NCBI GenBank assembly: GCA_951406725.2 | Contig: OX597825.1 | Coordinates: 37,572,001 to 37,636,000, forward strand | Direction: 5' to 3' | Source: Octopus vulgaris | Taxonomy: Eukaryota | Length of the DNA stretch: 64,000 nucleotides | Part shown: one piece after another, positions 26,024-40,480 of the stretch | Layout of the letters: every line of letters begins with the position of its first letter | Position numbering within the stretch: the first letter of the stretch is position 1 | The notes under the pieces: generated by a model | Databases searched by the model: none | Seen by the model: the letters and a program-made list of their open reading frames with translations, nothing else | What the model was told of the DNA's origin: nothing | Position numbers and translations under genes: made by a program

Positions 26024-26535
26024 CAACAGCGTCGACCTACGACTGACAGCCGACAACGATATATAATTCTTACGAGAGAAACTTTACAGTGGATCAAAGA
26101 AGATATAGTTTTTTCTAATTCAAACGATCTGCTCTATCAGACACTATGTCATACTAACTGTGCCTGAGAGTAATGTTATAGGAAAAATTCACTGCGGAAT
26201 ATTCAGCCACATACTATATAATTGCAAGCGTTGGAAACCATCTTGATCGACCTACTGCGATGCATTTTGTCTTAAGAGACAGTGGCTCCACTTATATTCA
26301 ATGTATATGAATCTTGAATACACAATGGAAAAAAACCAATACGAAATAAATGAGTCGGTGACTGTTTCGTATTTGTCAATTAAAATATTCTTGTCATTGC
26401 GGGTGTCTATGTGATATAGACTCCAAAATATATCTCTATATTTTCTCTGTCTCTCTCCGTCTCTATCTATCTACCTACCTCGTATTTCGCTTTCATTCTT
26501 CTACGTTCTGTACCTGTCTTTCTTGTATATTTGTC
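26024..26535 (+). repeat. Copy 2 of the local direct duplication, interrupted at its 3' end by a SINE
   Basis: See copy 1; only scattered substitutions and microsatellite-length differences. Confidence 0.95.
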
Positions 26536-26763
26536 GACGAGCTGGCAGACACATTAGCGCGCCGGGCGAAATGCTTAGCAGTATTTCGTCTGTCGTTACG
26601 TTCTGAGTTCAAATTCCGCCGAGGTCAACTTTGCCTTTCATCCTTTCGGGGTCGATAAATAAAATACCAGTTTCGCACTGGGGGCGATATAATCGACTCA
26701 ATCCGTTCGTCTGTCTTTCTTTGTCCCCTCTATGTTTAGCCCCTTGTGAGCAGTAAAGAAATA
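26536..26763 (+). mobile_element. Young full-length tRNA-SINE, tail type B (gtttagccccttgtg...taaagaaata), with 10-bp TSD
   Basis: TSD tatatttgtc at 26526-26535 and 26764-26773; B box gagttcaaattcc; the empty site is preserved in the paralog at about 24657-24666. Confidence 0.92.
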
Positions 26764-26778
26764 TATATTTGTCTATAT

Positions 26779-26828
<50 letters not shown>

Positions 26829-26846
26829 GTATATATATATATATTT

Positions 26847-26913
26847 AGACACCGATTGACCATTCCTTGTTTTCTCTGTATCGTCTATCTGGATGTTTTG
26901 CGTTCTTGTCCCA
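26847..26913 (+). repeat. 67-bp direct repeat (other copy 25958-26025), each copy preceded by (TA)n
   Basis: tagacaccgattgaccattccttgttttctctgtatcgtctatctggatgttttgcgttcttgtccca occurs twice, identically. Confidence 0.9.
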
Positions 26914-27865
26914 TTTTGTATTATATATATATATATATATATATAATTTTTTTCCAGAATGAGATAAAAAACCTGGGCTGTGAAGATTTTAGAACATTTA
27001 TAAATAGAAGGTCTTACTGCTGTTTCCGGGTTATTTTCTTGGTTAAGCAATAGTTAATTTAGATAAGAAATAGAAAGTGAAGGTGAGGAATGAAAATAGA
27101 TGTGAGATATGCAGGGATATTGCATTTGTAGATCCATTATTTAGGCAGAATGGTATACATATGAGATTCCACTACTTTGTGAGTCAATTCAAATAGTATT
27201 TAAAATTGGTCATTCCAAGTATAGAGATTGTACACAGGGCTATTGAATAGAGGGTTTATTTAAAGTGACCTAAAAGTAGGTCAAATCGAAAACAGGAAGA
27301 AAGGAATAAAGAAAAGAAAAGAAAAAAGAAAGGCAAGGATGGAGATAATAAAGATATGAAAAGAAGGAAAATGTACCAGTTAGTAGTCAGTCAAGAAAAA
27401 TTGATAGTAGGAACGTGGAGGTAAGGGTGATAGAGAAAGATATGAACGTGTAAAAAGATGATAGGGTAAAGAGTAAAGGTGTGTCATATAGAAGGGATGG
27501 GGTGATAGAGAGCGAGAGAGAGAGCTATAATAGTGTAAAAAGAAAAGGCGTGTCAGGTATGTAGTGATAGAGCCGATGATGGGGCAGAGAGGGGGAAGGG
27601 CTAGTAATATGGTGGAATGAAGTATTTGGGAATATAGATTAGGTTGCTAGGACAGGTCAGTGCTTAGTAGTAGAAGAAAATATATGTGAAGGTGTATATA
27701 TAGATATACACATGCTGATATATGACCTACGTTGGACTCCTTATTCGCATAATCATCGAACCTGGAGTTTAGCTATTGTTTCTCCATAGCACTTACGCAG
27801 CATTACCTGACACCTTTGGGTCTTATTGACACCAATACCTCTCATAATCTCTCTCTCTCTCTATT

Positions 27866-27921
<56 letters not shown>

Positions 27922-29586
27922 TAAATATATATATATCGTGTAAATACTTAACATAGTACTAATAGAAAGATGATACAGCCATGTATATAATTATGTGTGT
28001 GTGTTTGCGTCTGTGTTTGTGTGAATGTATGTGTGTGCATGCGAAATATAATGTGACAAGACGCAGTGAGAGAGACATGTAGGAGGAGTGGAGGGGATAG
28101 AGAGACAGAGAAAGAGAGGGGAAGAGAGAGAAACAGACAGTCTAGCAGTGCCTTGGACAGAATGAGAGACAGAAGCTGAGATATCATCATTACAGGATAA
28201 CTGCGTAACAGAAAAGTGCTCAAAACAAGTTGAATGCTTTTGCGTCTTGAACAGACTACTGTCCACCGTGCGAATATCAGTGCTGCAGTGGCTGAACTCC
28301 AGTGAGGATTAAGAAAAAATATGATCATATTTTATATAAATACACTCATCTGTTTGATAAGGCTATGTTTTATTTCGAAAATTCAATTAGGATAAACGTT
28401 CTGTATTCTCTGTGTAACACACGCACACACGCACGCACATACACGCGCGTGCACGTGTGTGTGAGCTTCTACGTATGTAGCCATACCTGTTTGTGTAGTG
28501 TGTGAGTTCGTGTATTTTATGTATTTCCTATATTTCACACTGGGATTGTACCCAACATCTATCCATACATCTCCTCATATATCATATCCATGCGGTATTG
28601 CATTCATCCATCCATCATAAATTTTGTTACATTATCCATATTTGTACATAATATCGCCTAATCTACAGATGAAGTCGATACACACTAATTTCCCGGATAT
28701 TCAAATGTAAACATCATTAGACAATTATTATGCTTTCATACACAGCGCAGTTTCTTTAAATTAAACTAACTCATTGTTAAACGTAGGCTGATTTTGTCAT
28801 TGATATCTAAATAATGTTTAGGAAAATTATATTTGTTATAAACATATTTATGGCTATGTGCGCTTGTAGGTATAATTAAAGCGTATGTATTTAAAGCAAT
28901 CAATTTACAACACACATATACAATATACAATTATAGATATACGATTATGTATACACAAGGACTTGAATATTCGTATCTATATCTATGAATCTATCTATAT
29001 TGGCACAAATGCATACATGTATACATACATAAATACATACTTAGATATATATATATACATACATACACACACACGCAAACAGACAAACACGCATGCACAA
29101 ACATATACCTTATTGGTTAGTTAAACCATTGGCGTAGAGCCATACTGGAGTACCACCGAATAAGAGGAACTGATGAAATCGATCCCAGTGCGTATTTAAT
29201 TCTGTTACATATTTTAACATACAATTTTGCTGATCAGCGAAATAACAGAAACTTGAACCAACACCGGGTGTCAAGCGATGGGCGGGGGGGGGGGGGGCAA
29301 CACCAACACAAAGACATGTATACAAACGTATATGTGCATACATATTCTGACACATGCTCACACACACACAAATACACACTCATGTGTATATATATATATA
29401 TTGTTGCATTGAGGAATGATCATTTTGCCAGTTTAGCCAATAAACGTGAATATATATATAATAATTATTATTTGAGGGAATATAAATCCAAACTTACAGG
29501 GAAACAAATTCAATTTAGAAATACTAAATCAAATTTCACATAATATAATATATATATATATATATATAAAATGAGACCCCCCCACC

Positions 29587-29715
29587 TTTTATCAATTCAA
29601 AATGAACAATTAAATTACGCCATCCAGAAAATTACATATATTGTCATTTTAATATTTCTAATATATGTAATTTTCTGGATGGTGTAATGTAATTGTTCAT
29701 TTTGAATTGATAAAA
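29587..29715. repeat. Foldback inverted repeat (about 55-bp arms) between (TA)n tracts
   Basis: ttttatcaattcaaaatgaacaattaaattacgccatccagaaaattacatatatt versus aatatatgtaattttctggatggtgtaatgtaattgttcattttgaattgataaaa. Confidence 0.9.
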
Positions 29716-29737
29716 CTTGTTTTTCTTCTATTTTATA

Positions 29738-29779
<42 letters not shown>

Positions 29780-30668
29780 ACGTCTTATATGGATCTTAAA
29801 TGCAAGCAGAATCATATAAATGCACATGTATGTGTGTGTGTTTTGTGTGTGTTAGTGTGTGTAATTTGGGTTGGAACGCTGTTGTTTGCTTTATAGACCT
29901 CGTCTACGAGTATCGGCTATCAGTTGCAGGTCCACAATGAAGTCGATCGTATTAAGGAAGTTACAACCGGAAAACCATGAATATCCGTTGGCTATTTATA
30001 AAAATGCATAAATAGGAGGTGGTCCGGATTGAGCAAGCACGCCCTATTGCATAATAACACAATTTTTCATCTGCCCTTTACCAGCAGTTAATTGCTGACA
30101 TTATTTCATAACAAATATATTAAATTTATTACATTACATCAGTATATAAATGAAGACACTACAGGTTTGAGCGGAAAATGTTCGACAAATTAAACCGAAT
30201 TCCATAGAATTGACTCATCCATATAAAAAAGTAGAAAGAAATATCTCCAGACCGTCAGTCCCAAGTGCAGTTTAACCAGCAAATAGAATGAGTAAATGAT
30301 GAAACGAAATAAAATAAAGTAAGAAACAAAACTAGGCACATATACATTTAGAAATATAAAATTTGTCATTCAAATTATCCTTGTGTGCCTACCCCTAATA
30401 GCCGGTTGTCGCCAGGGTCAGTAGGCCATCACAATAGACCAGTCCAGTTTTTTTCTCATAATTGATAAAGAATGGATCTAAACCTCATCCACCGTTTTAT
30501 TGCTTTCCACTCAAGCAATCATATCCACACACACACACATACGCGCGAACATGTATTTATATATAAACTTATATAGACACGGGTATGTAAAGGCAAACAT
30601 ATCCGTATATTTATACACATACATGCGTACATATAGATATACACGGAAGTACATTATTATTTAACACG

Positions 30669-30706
<38 letters not shown>

Positions 30707-30720
30707 AGTGTGTGTGTATA

Positions 30721-30753
<33 letters not shown>

Positions 30754-31114
30754 AATATATATATATGTATTATATATAATATATATATATACATACGCGA
30801 AAATATACAGATATCCATATAACTACACCATATATATATATATATACATACATACATACATATATACGTACATACACACCCCCACACACATATATATATA
30901 TATAGTTATGGAATATTTAAAATGTATAGACGTAAATGATACATATAAAATATGCCAATAATTTGAATCTCTGCCACACCATATCTATGCAGAAATGTAT
31001 CCAATACACAAAAATACATACGTACCAACACACTCATACAATCATATATCTATGTATATTGAGATGTATGTAATCCTATATAACATATCTGTATATCATT
31101 TTATTGTGTATGTG

Positions 31115-31690
31115 CAATCTGGTGAGATCAGCTATACGGATGATACAAAATTATCTCTGGCGGTCAAGAACCCTGATCACATACAAAAACTTGAAAATGA
31201 CCTGAACGCAGTAAGCAAACGGGCTGATGAATATAACAAGCAATTCAATGCTGAGAAGTTCCAAGTACTCCATTATTGTATCATACAAACACATGACCGT
31301 GGGGTAGCGCAATCCCCGTGTCAGATTCGATACTTTAACTCGGAATCCACAGCAGGTATGCACAATCGTATGTACATATTACCAGGATGTCAACGCAATG
31401 CAGGCAAGTATCTAGTGAGATTCTTAGACTACCATGCTATTCCTCCTAACTGTAGTCACTGCAGAACATCAAACTGGTGGCGGAACTTGAGGCAATCCAG
31501 AGCCACTACTACGTGAACCTGATTCGGTGGAACAGATGTGCCACTGACAGAAACTAAAGTAATTGAAGCTCTACTCCCTAGAGAGGTGTGAAAGATATGT
31601 AGTAATATACTTATGGAAGACCCTGGAATGTCTTGCTCTCAACTTTTGAATTAAAAGCGCTAACAAGCATAGCATCCAACGGCGCTGCAT
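31115..31690 (+). mobile_element. CR1-group (CR1/Crack/L2) LINE RT 3' fragment
   Basis: SYTDDTKLSLAVKNPDHIQKLENDLNAVSKRADEYNKQFNAEKFQVLHY (FADDTK...LQ.DL..V..WA...FN..K) and later LKLYSLERCERYVVIYLWKTLE. Confidence 0.85.
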
Positions 31691-32389
31691 AGAACCAAAG
31701 ATTTCTCGACCAATTTTTACTTATGGACTCATTTGATCATTTTTTTATACTGGTACGCCCCCATAGTTACTCGATGTTTGAAAACTTGTTTTATAGAAAC
31801 TTCTTTCAAAATTCTTTGTTTTTCTCACATTAAATTGTGTAATCCATACTTGCATAAAAGTTTCGTCAAACAAACGCTATTTCCTGTTTCGCTTATGATT
31901 CATTGGCGGCCATAGCAAAGTTTTGTAATTGCCCCATCCTTCGCCACATACACACACGCTAGCATACATGTTCACACATATACATTTGTGCTCATATGAA
32001 CAAATATGTGAATATGTGCGCGTGTACCTATTTGAATACTTCGAAATATATGTATTTCATCTAATGCAAAATCATGTGTTCCCTATATTCTTATGCTCAT
32101 ACACAGCTTAAGACAAACCAGGGTTCGCTGCGCATCTTATTTTCAACTTATCACTATCCAACTAGCCACCTACTCAGCAATGAGGTCTATAATAGCTATC
32201 AACCTTCGTAGGAAATTACTTACAAAATTGTTCATTCTATTGTACATTTTGAAGCAGCCATAAATGCCATTGCAAAGGGTCATACTGAAGTTACAATATC
32301 TTGGATTTCTTTTTCTAATCATTGTCGTCAATGGATGCTGTCTTTCCCTTCCTTTCTCTCCTTCCTTCTCTAGTTCTCTCTGCATATTT

Positions 32390-32885
32390 ACTGTGATCAG
32401 CACCGGCATAACTAAAATCACGGCAGTTACCTGGCAACCAGGGCCGCTTAGAATACAATCCCATAGATACATTTGAGAAGTTCAAGTACGTTGAATATAT
32501 TGCTGACAATACAGCAAACTGCAGGCATGAAATCAAAGATTTGTTGATACTGGAAATGTACCGGTGAGGTCAATCAATTATTAAATATGGAGAGAGTGCA
32601 TCCTTGGCAAAAGTATCACTGAAACTTCCACAAACTCTGGTCTGGCTAACAGAGTTGTGTAGTTATGACGCATAGATCCTGAGAGACGCCGAGATCGGAC
32701 AAAAGCAAAATATTTTTGACTACGTTTCAGGGACCAGACCTTTACATCTACATTCTTAGGGTCTGCCTGAACGGATAGCAAAGATGGAGTTCGAGTGAAG
32801 ACATCAAAGACTTGACATGAAGGAACTTTATGTGTGGCCAAACAGTGATAGTTCTGCTCACTGACCTAGAGCCGTGGGAATGGAC
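32390..32885 (+). mobile_element. Heavily decayed RTE-like LINE 3' fragment
   Basis: EKFKYVEYIADNTANCRHEIK (FKYLGS...EIK-like), IWRE, RIDPER and KDGVRV pieces across frames. Confidence 0.5.
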
Positions 32886-32894
32886 ATCGTTATT

Positions 32895-33256
32895 TTTCCT
32901 TCTTTCTTTCCTTCCTACTTACCTTCCTTTCTCCCTTACTTCCTTCCTTCCTTCCTTCCTTCTTTCCTTCTTACCTCCCTTCCTTCCTACGTTTCTTCCT
33001 GCCTACTTTTCTTCTTTCCTCTTTCCTTCCTACATTTCTTCTTTCCTTCTATCCTTCCTACTTTCCTTCCTTCCTTCCCTCTTTCCTTCCGTCCTACTTT
33101 TCTTCCTGCCTACCTTTCTTCCTTCCTTCCTCCTTCCTTTCTACTTTTCTTCCTTCCTTCTTTCCTTCCTACTTTCTTTCCTTCCTTCCCTCTTTCCTTC
33201 CTTCCTACTTTCCTTCCTCCCTTCCATCCTTCCTTCCTTCCTTCCTTCTTTCCTTC
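32895..33256. repeat. (TTCC)n-type pyrimidine-rich simple repeat
   Basis: Directly visible; source of the F/L/P/S-rich ORFs at 32830-33486. Confidence 0.95.
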
Positions 33257-33901
33257 AGACATTTAGTCATTCAGCCAGTCATACAAACACGCACATACAC
33301 ACACATGCCTCTCTTTCCCAACTAGGCCTCGATCTGAATGTCTTCGGTAACATTTGCATGTTGCGTTCAGTAGCTTCCTCCGTCATCGTTGGTTTCTGTT
33401 CTTTTCAAATTTCTAAGTGGTATTGTTTAATCTGCTCCTGTATTATAGACAGGCTACGATTCTGCTTGACGTCTGTACTAAGTTGACATTGCTGGAGTAG
33501 CTTATCCAAACGGATTAGGAAATATTCTGCATCTGTCAATTATTTGCCTATGGTGCTGATGCCATTTATAAAATATTTCTAAATGTTGTGCAATGTACTT
33601 GCGATCTTATTCCTTGAAAATAACTTCAGACGTCTCTCATTATCAATTCCTTTGCTATCACGTGTAGGCAGTTGTGGAAAGAATACACCATTATGTTACC
33701 TGCCTTCAATGTGAAGCAGTTGACTGTGCGTATGTGAGTATGATTGTGAATATGTTCGTGTTAAACTACTTGAATATTAATCCTAATTACCGGATGAGAT
33801 GTCCTTTTGCAATTCCTGCAGTGATTTTCCTGTCTGTCTGTCTGTCTGATGTCTGTCTGTGTATATACATTTATACTTTTACACACACACACACACACAC
33901 A

Positions 33902-33949
<48 letters not shown>

Positions 33950-35719
33950 TAGGGTTGAAAAGCCTGTTTGAATAGATTAATTGGAAAGCTCTCCGTAGGA
34001 TTCGAAACCATGTGTCCTGTAGACTTACTTTGTACCCAAGCAGCCCATTGAAATTCTCTATCTATTTCAGAAACCTTATTCTTACCAACGAGAATCGTAT
34101 GCATTTTTGATAGAAGGATCACATAAATAATTTTGACGAATTGCTTTAGTACAATTGTAGTGCACCTATCATGTTTACAGCAGACGTGCATTCGAATCAG
34201 AATGGCAGCGTTCGATTTTTCTATACAAAAGGATTTTAATCCAATATGTACACGCTAACATCTATAGCATTATGTGAGCCTCGAGAGCCACTATTCCCAG
34301 ACTTGATTAGCTTATGTTCACTTGAAATTTTATGAAATACTAATGACGCCTCCAAAATACAGGCATGTGCACATATTACACGTAAATGCTAACTTCTCAA
34401 GCTAGAGTGTCCTTATGTTGAGGGTCACGTGTTACACGATTGCTCGGGAGACGTTTTAGAACATTTTCCAGATAACACTTGAATAAATCGATTCTATAGG
34501 TTATATTATTTCTCGTGATTATGACACGTAAGATATAGGGCTGATGTAAGTATTTTCAGTATATTCCAACCCTCTTTCAATATGGTAGGAACTGGTATGT
34601 TGGAGGAAAAAAATGGAATTCCATAATTCATACATTACACATGATTATGGTATTCGGTGAGACCTTAGGTTTTAGAGAATAATAGAGAACTTGACAACTT
34701 TGTTTACTACCTAGCTACTGAGGTGTGGACGGTCTAAATAACAATAAGAAAGCAACTACGAAGACAGAGCATACACTGAGGCACACATACATTTACACAT
34801 ATACGTATATGTGTATGTGAGTTAAATATGTTATTTATATAGACATATATACATATATGTGTTATATACACACAGTCATGCGTGCGGTGAGTTACCGCAT
34901 AACTGATGCCACAAAACGTCTCTCACAATCTATTGGTCAATCTCAGAATCTCTGAGAATCTATTGGTCGATCCACTATATTGTACTGAAGTATTGGAGGA
35001 GACTATGTGAAAGCCAGCTTTCAAAACAAATCGGATAGAAATGAGTAAAAATATAAGCAAAATATGAAATATTATTCGTGAGGTCACTGCCATATCATAT
35101 ACGAGCGATCATATAGGAAATTAGATATAAAGAATTAATATGCTCAAATCATGCTTTTCTTGCACAATTGTTTGCTTTGGATGCTATTTATTGCGGAGAA
35201 ATACACAAGAATGTGTTCTTTCATACAGAAAACCAAACAGACTTACATATGCACTACCATAAACCCATATGTGGAATATTGATTTTGCTGCATATCATAC
35301 AACATAGCGCAGGAAGTTATAAAATTATCTAGAAAATTCTTCATTTCCTGTTGTTGTGGTTGCCCCAATACAAGTTCAATGCTGCAATTTGTCTTGAAGT
35401 GGTAGAAGAGCTTAAACATCATAAAATATTTCTATACAGATAATAAGATACGTACATTTGTATGCGTTTGCTTGTATAGACGCGCGCGTACGCGTAGCGT
35501 GTGCATTTATGTATGTGTGCGAAAGAGAAAAAAATGAGAGAGATGAAGGGAAAGAGAAAGAAGGAGAGAGATTAGAGAGAGAGGGGGAAGGGTAAGAGAG
35601 AGTACTTGTATAGCTATGAACACCAAGTATTGCAATTATGAGATCCCGGGTTCAATCACAATTCATTGCAAATCTTTTACTTCCAGATTTGTAAGCTTAT
35701 GACAATTAAATAAAAGAAA

Positions 35720-35910
35720 TTTCCTTTGGGATTAAGGCGCGAAATTTTGAGGGAGAGACTGAGTTGATTACATCAACATCAGGGCTCAATTACTTTATTT
35801 ATTTTATCGAGGCCAAAAGGATGAAAGGTAAATCGACCTCTGTGGAATTTGAACTCAGAAATGTTGCTAAGCATTTTGACCGGTAAGTTAACGGTCCTAT
35901 CTGGTCGTAT
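35720..35910 (-). mobile_element. Degenerate tRNA-SINE, type A
   Basis: ttttatcgaggccaaaaggatgaaaggtaaatcgacctctgtggaatttgaactcagaa. Confidence 0.75.
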
Positions 35911-38900
35911 ACTTAAGATTAAATAATAATACCAGTTATTCCTGAAGGAAAATCCTCATACATAATTACATGCTGATTCCGCTTGTGGGGGGGGGGGGGA
36001 TTCTTATTTAATGCTTAACTGTCTACTCAATAATGAAATGAGTATTTGGTTAATGGAGTTACGACATCCTCGTCAAAACGGACGTAAAATAGGTCATGTG
36101 TGTGTATGTGTGCTTAAATGTCAATAACGTCAACATTTTAAAATTTTCTTACATCCCTTGTTAATTTTTCAGATGCTTATTTTTTTAAGCACAAGCGATT
36201 TCAATCATTTTTATTTATGAATTGAAACAGAACTGTACTTTTGAATAGGCAGATCTTTATTCCTGATTCTCAAATCACGTAAATCATTTTGTAGTTTCAC
36301 TGATGCGACTGATTCTTTTATCTATTGCCAAAATTTAGTTATTTCTAGAAGGGATTCCTATTTTATTTCAGTAGATAGAGTAATAGCTACGTACAAAAGT
36401 GTAAGTTTATGAAACCTAGGTATTGGTAATAAAGATTTATTCTTTCTATCAGTGTGAATTATAACCACAGTAGCATGACACTATGCCCATAATCAAATCA
36501 TTTAAATATTGCTGATGCAGAGTTTACAGTTTTAAATGGGTGTCATAAAGAATCAACAGCCGATTTCTAGAAGATGCCGAGCTTTAAATGACACTAATGT
36601 TTTGTTTGTTAGCTGTATTGTATTCAAATACATTTATTAGGCCAGCATATACAGTGAGAAACCACTTCAGCGTAAACTCCCATGTTCCCTAAATAAATAC
36701 TAATTTCTTAGTGAAGTTTGAACAATATTGTGAGTTAAAGGACACTAATTATTTACTCAAGGAGTAAAAGGCAGCACAACTGACAGAATAAGAAACACAG
36801 AAAACGTGCTGTTATCTTATAACTCCATCCCACGCAACCTGGCTTCAATGAATTGCTTATTCTCTCACAATACATTCCCATTTCATTCTTCTGGTAGATC
36901 ACGCAAATTCTATACAATAAAGTTCCATTTATTTGTCGAAAGAATTGCATTTATCCATGGTGAAACATGATATATTTTGTTGAAGAGTGAAGAGAATAAT
37001 TGAATGAAATTTGATGGCGGTTCAGCAGTTAATTCTTTCTTTATGTGACGTCCAAATGACATTATTTATTTGCTTATGTTGTACACATCATGATATTAAT
37101 GTGGTGTATCCAGGTTACATTTATGATATACTGGCTGGTTAAACCAATAATATTCATCGATCTGTTTGCGTCTAATTTCTTCTGGTTATCCATCATCCTC
37201 GCTCCAAAATATTATTCGAGATTTTCGCCTCAAATACATTTCAGTTAAGAAATCGGATAAATGTTGCCATTACGAGTTATATTATTACATTTGAGAACTG
37301 TCAGTGCTCCAGCTTCATTGGTTTTCAATATTATCACAGGAAGATTGAGATGCTTGAGACACCAGAACTATGGATTGAATACATTATCTATTCAGTTTCC
37401 TCTCTGAACAGAAAAAATAATGAAGACGTTGAGCTAATACAAGCAGAGTCCTCCTGCCTAGAAGCCTCACAGAATTTACATACATGTTTACTTTTTAAGC
37501 TCAATTCCTATTAAATGAGGCTTAATGTCATTAATATACGGAAATGGGTTTAAGAGACATTTTATTAATTAGCTTAGTGCTTAAGCTAGAGACAATCTTC
37601 TCATGAACTTCCATAAAAAGTTTCGGAATATTTGCTTCTCCTTTTTATCATAGTCGCAGGTATATTGAGAGAGACTTGTTCTTACGAATATTTATATATT
37701 TATACACACACACACAACTATTTTTAACTTCCAGTCTGTTTTACGAGATAATATTGTTCCTGAAGATCCGCAGAGGGTGAATTTTTTTTAAAGAACAACG
37801 TATGATATTTACCAGCTATTATTTCTTTTTTCCCCCAAAGATCTTTTTGATTTTATCTTACCATTTTAATGAAACTATACACTAGCTTCCATAATATGTC
37901 ATTATCGAAGTATTGAGCAGAATCAAATAACACAAAATACGTATTCATGACAAATATTTTATAGATGTAACAGGAAGAAAATAGAGTAACATCGGACAGA
38001 AACAACACTGAAATAGAAATGGAATTTTCTGATCAGTTCAAAAGTAAGCATTTCATTACAGTCCGGACCTATCAGTTCATCTCTCTTATGAAGGAGATGT
38101 GAGAATAATTAAGATAAATAAGAATGAAGAAGGTATTGAGAATTCCTATTGCTGAGAAGATACTACCACATAACAGTAAAATTGGGGCCAGCATACACAT
38201 TATAGCGAGAGAGAAATAAACTTGGTTAAGAACGCTTCAAAGATGAGGTGACTAAAAATATTAGGTTGATATTAAATCTAATGTTCACAAGTGCAGTGAT
38301 AAATCCGGAGAGCTTTCAGAAGTGTTAGTCATCAAGAACCAAGTGCTACCTCGTCCGTACTTTGTCAATGTCCTAATATCACCCTACAACAGCTGAACTA
38401 GGGACATTATTTCTGTTTACCTTAACATACTTTAGCAATTTATTGTATATATAGCAAACTATCTACCTAATTCTAAGTTTGTATTACATATTTCAATATT
38501 CTTGCAGTCAATACGAAGCACTATTCAATCCCCATAAATCTCTCATTTCTCATTTTAACACGAAATTTTTCAATGCAAAAAAGAAAAGAGAATCAAACAT
38601 AGTTCAATGCATGAACTATTGCTCACATAAGATATATATTAGCTTAGCTTAGTTGAACAAACATTTCTGGTCTGTTTAAAGAAATGTTTTATTTGTTAGA
38701 GTGAAATATTTTGAGTCATATCAATGAAAAGCTTAGAATCTGAATACCAAACCTTAGCAAGTCGTTCCGATCTGATAAGAAGTGGAATGAATTTACAGAG
38801 TAACTTTTCACAAAAGGTTAAAAGTAAAGACGGGAAAAAAATTCTGCATTACGTAAATGTGTAAAGGTGTGTGTGTGTGCGTTTGTGTTTTTCAGTGTGC

Positions 38901-39073
38901 GTACAACACTGTGTATGTGAATATGTATATTTATATGCATTGGTGATGCATATATACTATATTCATATGTGTGCATGCCTATGTGTGCATGTTTGTGGAA
39001 ACCTACACACATGCATATATACATTTGTGTTTGTGTGTATACATACGAATACATACATAACATACGTACGTGC

Positions 39074-39132
<59 letters not shown>

Positions 39133-39337
39133 CGTGTGTGTGTGTTTGTATATATATATTCTTTTATGAGTTTCAGCGAGGTGGCTGTGGTCATGCTGTG
39201 GCACTACCATGAATGTATATGTGTGTGTATACATATATATACATACACATGTTTATGAGTGTGTGTGTATATATGTACGTTTGGGTGGGTTCTGTTTAAA
39301 TGATTTAGACATAAGTTGTGATTCTGTATCATATATA

Positions 39338-39376
<39 letters not shown>

Positions 39377-40217
39377 ATCTACACACACACATGCACCTGC
39401 ACTCGCACACACAAAAACACACGCATATACATATGGAATATATATAGATATATACACATAGTCATATCGTATATTTTACGTGAGTGGTGCTGTGTATAAG
39501 TGTTTATTTTTGTATAAGCTGTGTGTGTGTCTGTCTACGTGTGTGTATGCGTGCATGTGTGTCTATTTATCTATGTGTAGGTGAGAATGTGCTTGTGTGT
39601 GTGTGTGTTTGTGTGTGTGAGTGTGTGTGTATGTGTGTGTCTACAACTGCTCACATGAGTCTGAATTCTAGTCTATACTCTAACTCTCTATATCCTCATC
39701 ATGAATCACTTCACTTAATTTATCGTCTCTTGGTAATTTCGCAGCTATTTTAGTACTTTCGTTTAATTTCTTCTAGGGCCACAAATAGCTCGGTTCTTCT
39801 GTCCATATATATATAAAGTAAAGACTATTTGCCTACATTATGTAGTTGTCCGGAGGGGACGAATGTTACTTTTGCTTAGCCCCAGGAAGCATCGTTTCCA
39901 GCTGGCTATACAATACAATATCTGATCTTTCGAACAAGGAGTTAAGTCCCCCTATCCAGTAAAAAGCAACATCTGTGGACCAGTTTCTAGGTTATTGCAC
40001 TTTATCAACACAGAGTTGTTGGCTAGTGCTGTGCTGAATTCCCGTTCGAATATATATAGTTTTCAAATTGATATACATCACTGATCTAATGAATAAAAAC
40101 ATTATTTCTAAATCTCTCAGTTCTTTAAAGTAAAGAATATTTGTCAAACTAATGTGGCTGTCCTGGAAGGGACGATTGTTACTGTTGTTACAGTCACTCT
40201 TGCGCCTGTATATATAT

Positions 40218-40480
40218 ATATGAATAAAAAATGGAGTAACGCAGGTTTAAACAAGTATTTTTACTTTCTACACATGTTTCGGAAATTCCACTGATACTAT
40301 TCAAAAGAATAAATGGTATAAACAATGCAATCATCTCTTCGGGAAAGTGAAAAAAACGAAACTCGTCAATACGACATTTTAGCAAAAATCATTTTTCGAA
40401 ACATGTGTGAATTTTCGAAACATGTGTAGAAAGTAAAAATACTTGTTTAAACCTGCGTTAAATCCATTTTTTATTCATAT
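40218..40480. repeat. Inverted repeat with about 70-bp arms (40218-40288 / 40409-40480) and a 120-bp spacer
   Basis: atatgaataaaaaatggagtaacgcaggtttaaacaagtatttttactttctacacatgtttcg is mirrored by cgaaacatgtgtagaaagtaaaaatacttgtttaaacctgcgttaaatccattttttattcatat. Confidence 0.9.

Noticed and set aside
32581-32866. Minus-strand ORF as a further exon of the Ig gene
   Set aside because: No Ig motifs; the plus strand is better explained as an RTE remnant.
32830-33486. 218-aa hydrophobic ORF, the longest in the track
   Set aside because: Read-through of a (TTCC)n repeat that lacks stop codons.
38050-38400. Possible CR1 RT remnant (similar weak hints at about 1450-1610, 27060-27270 and 33490-33670)
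   Set aside because: Motifs are too degraded to call without a profile search.
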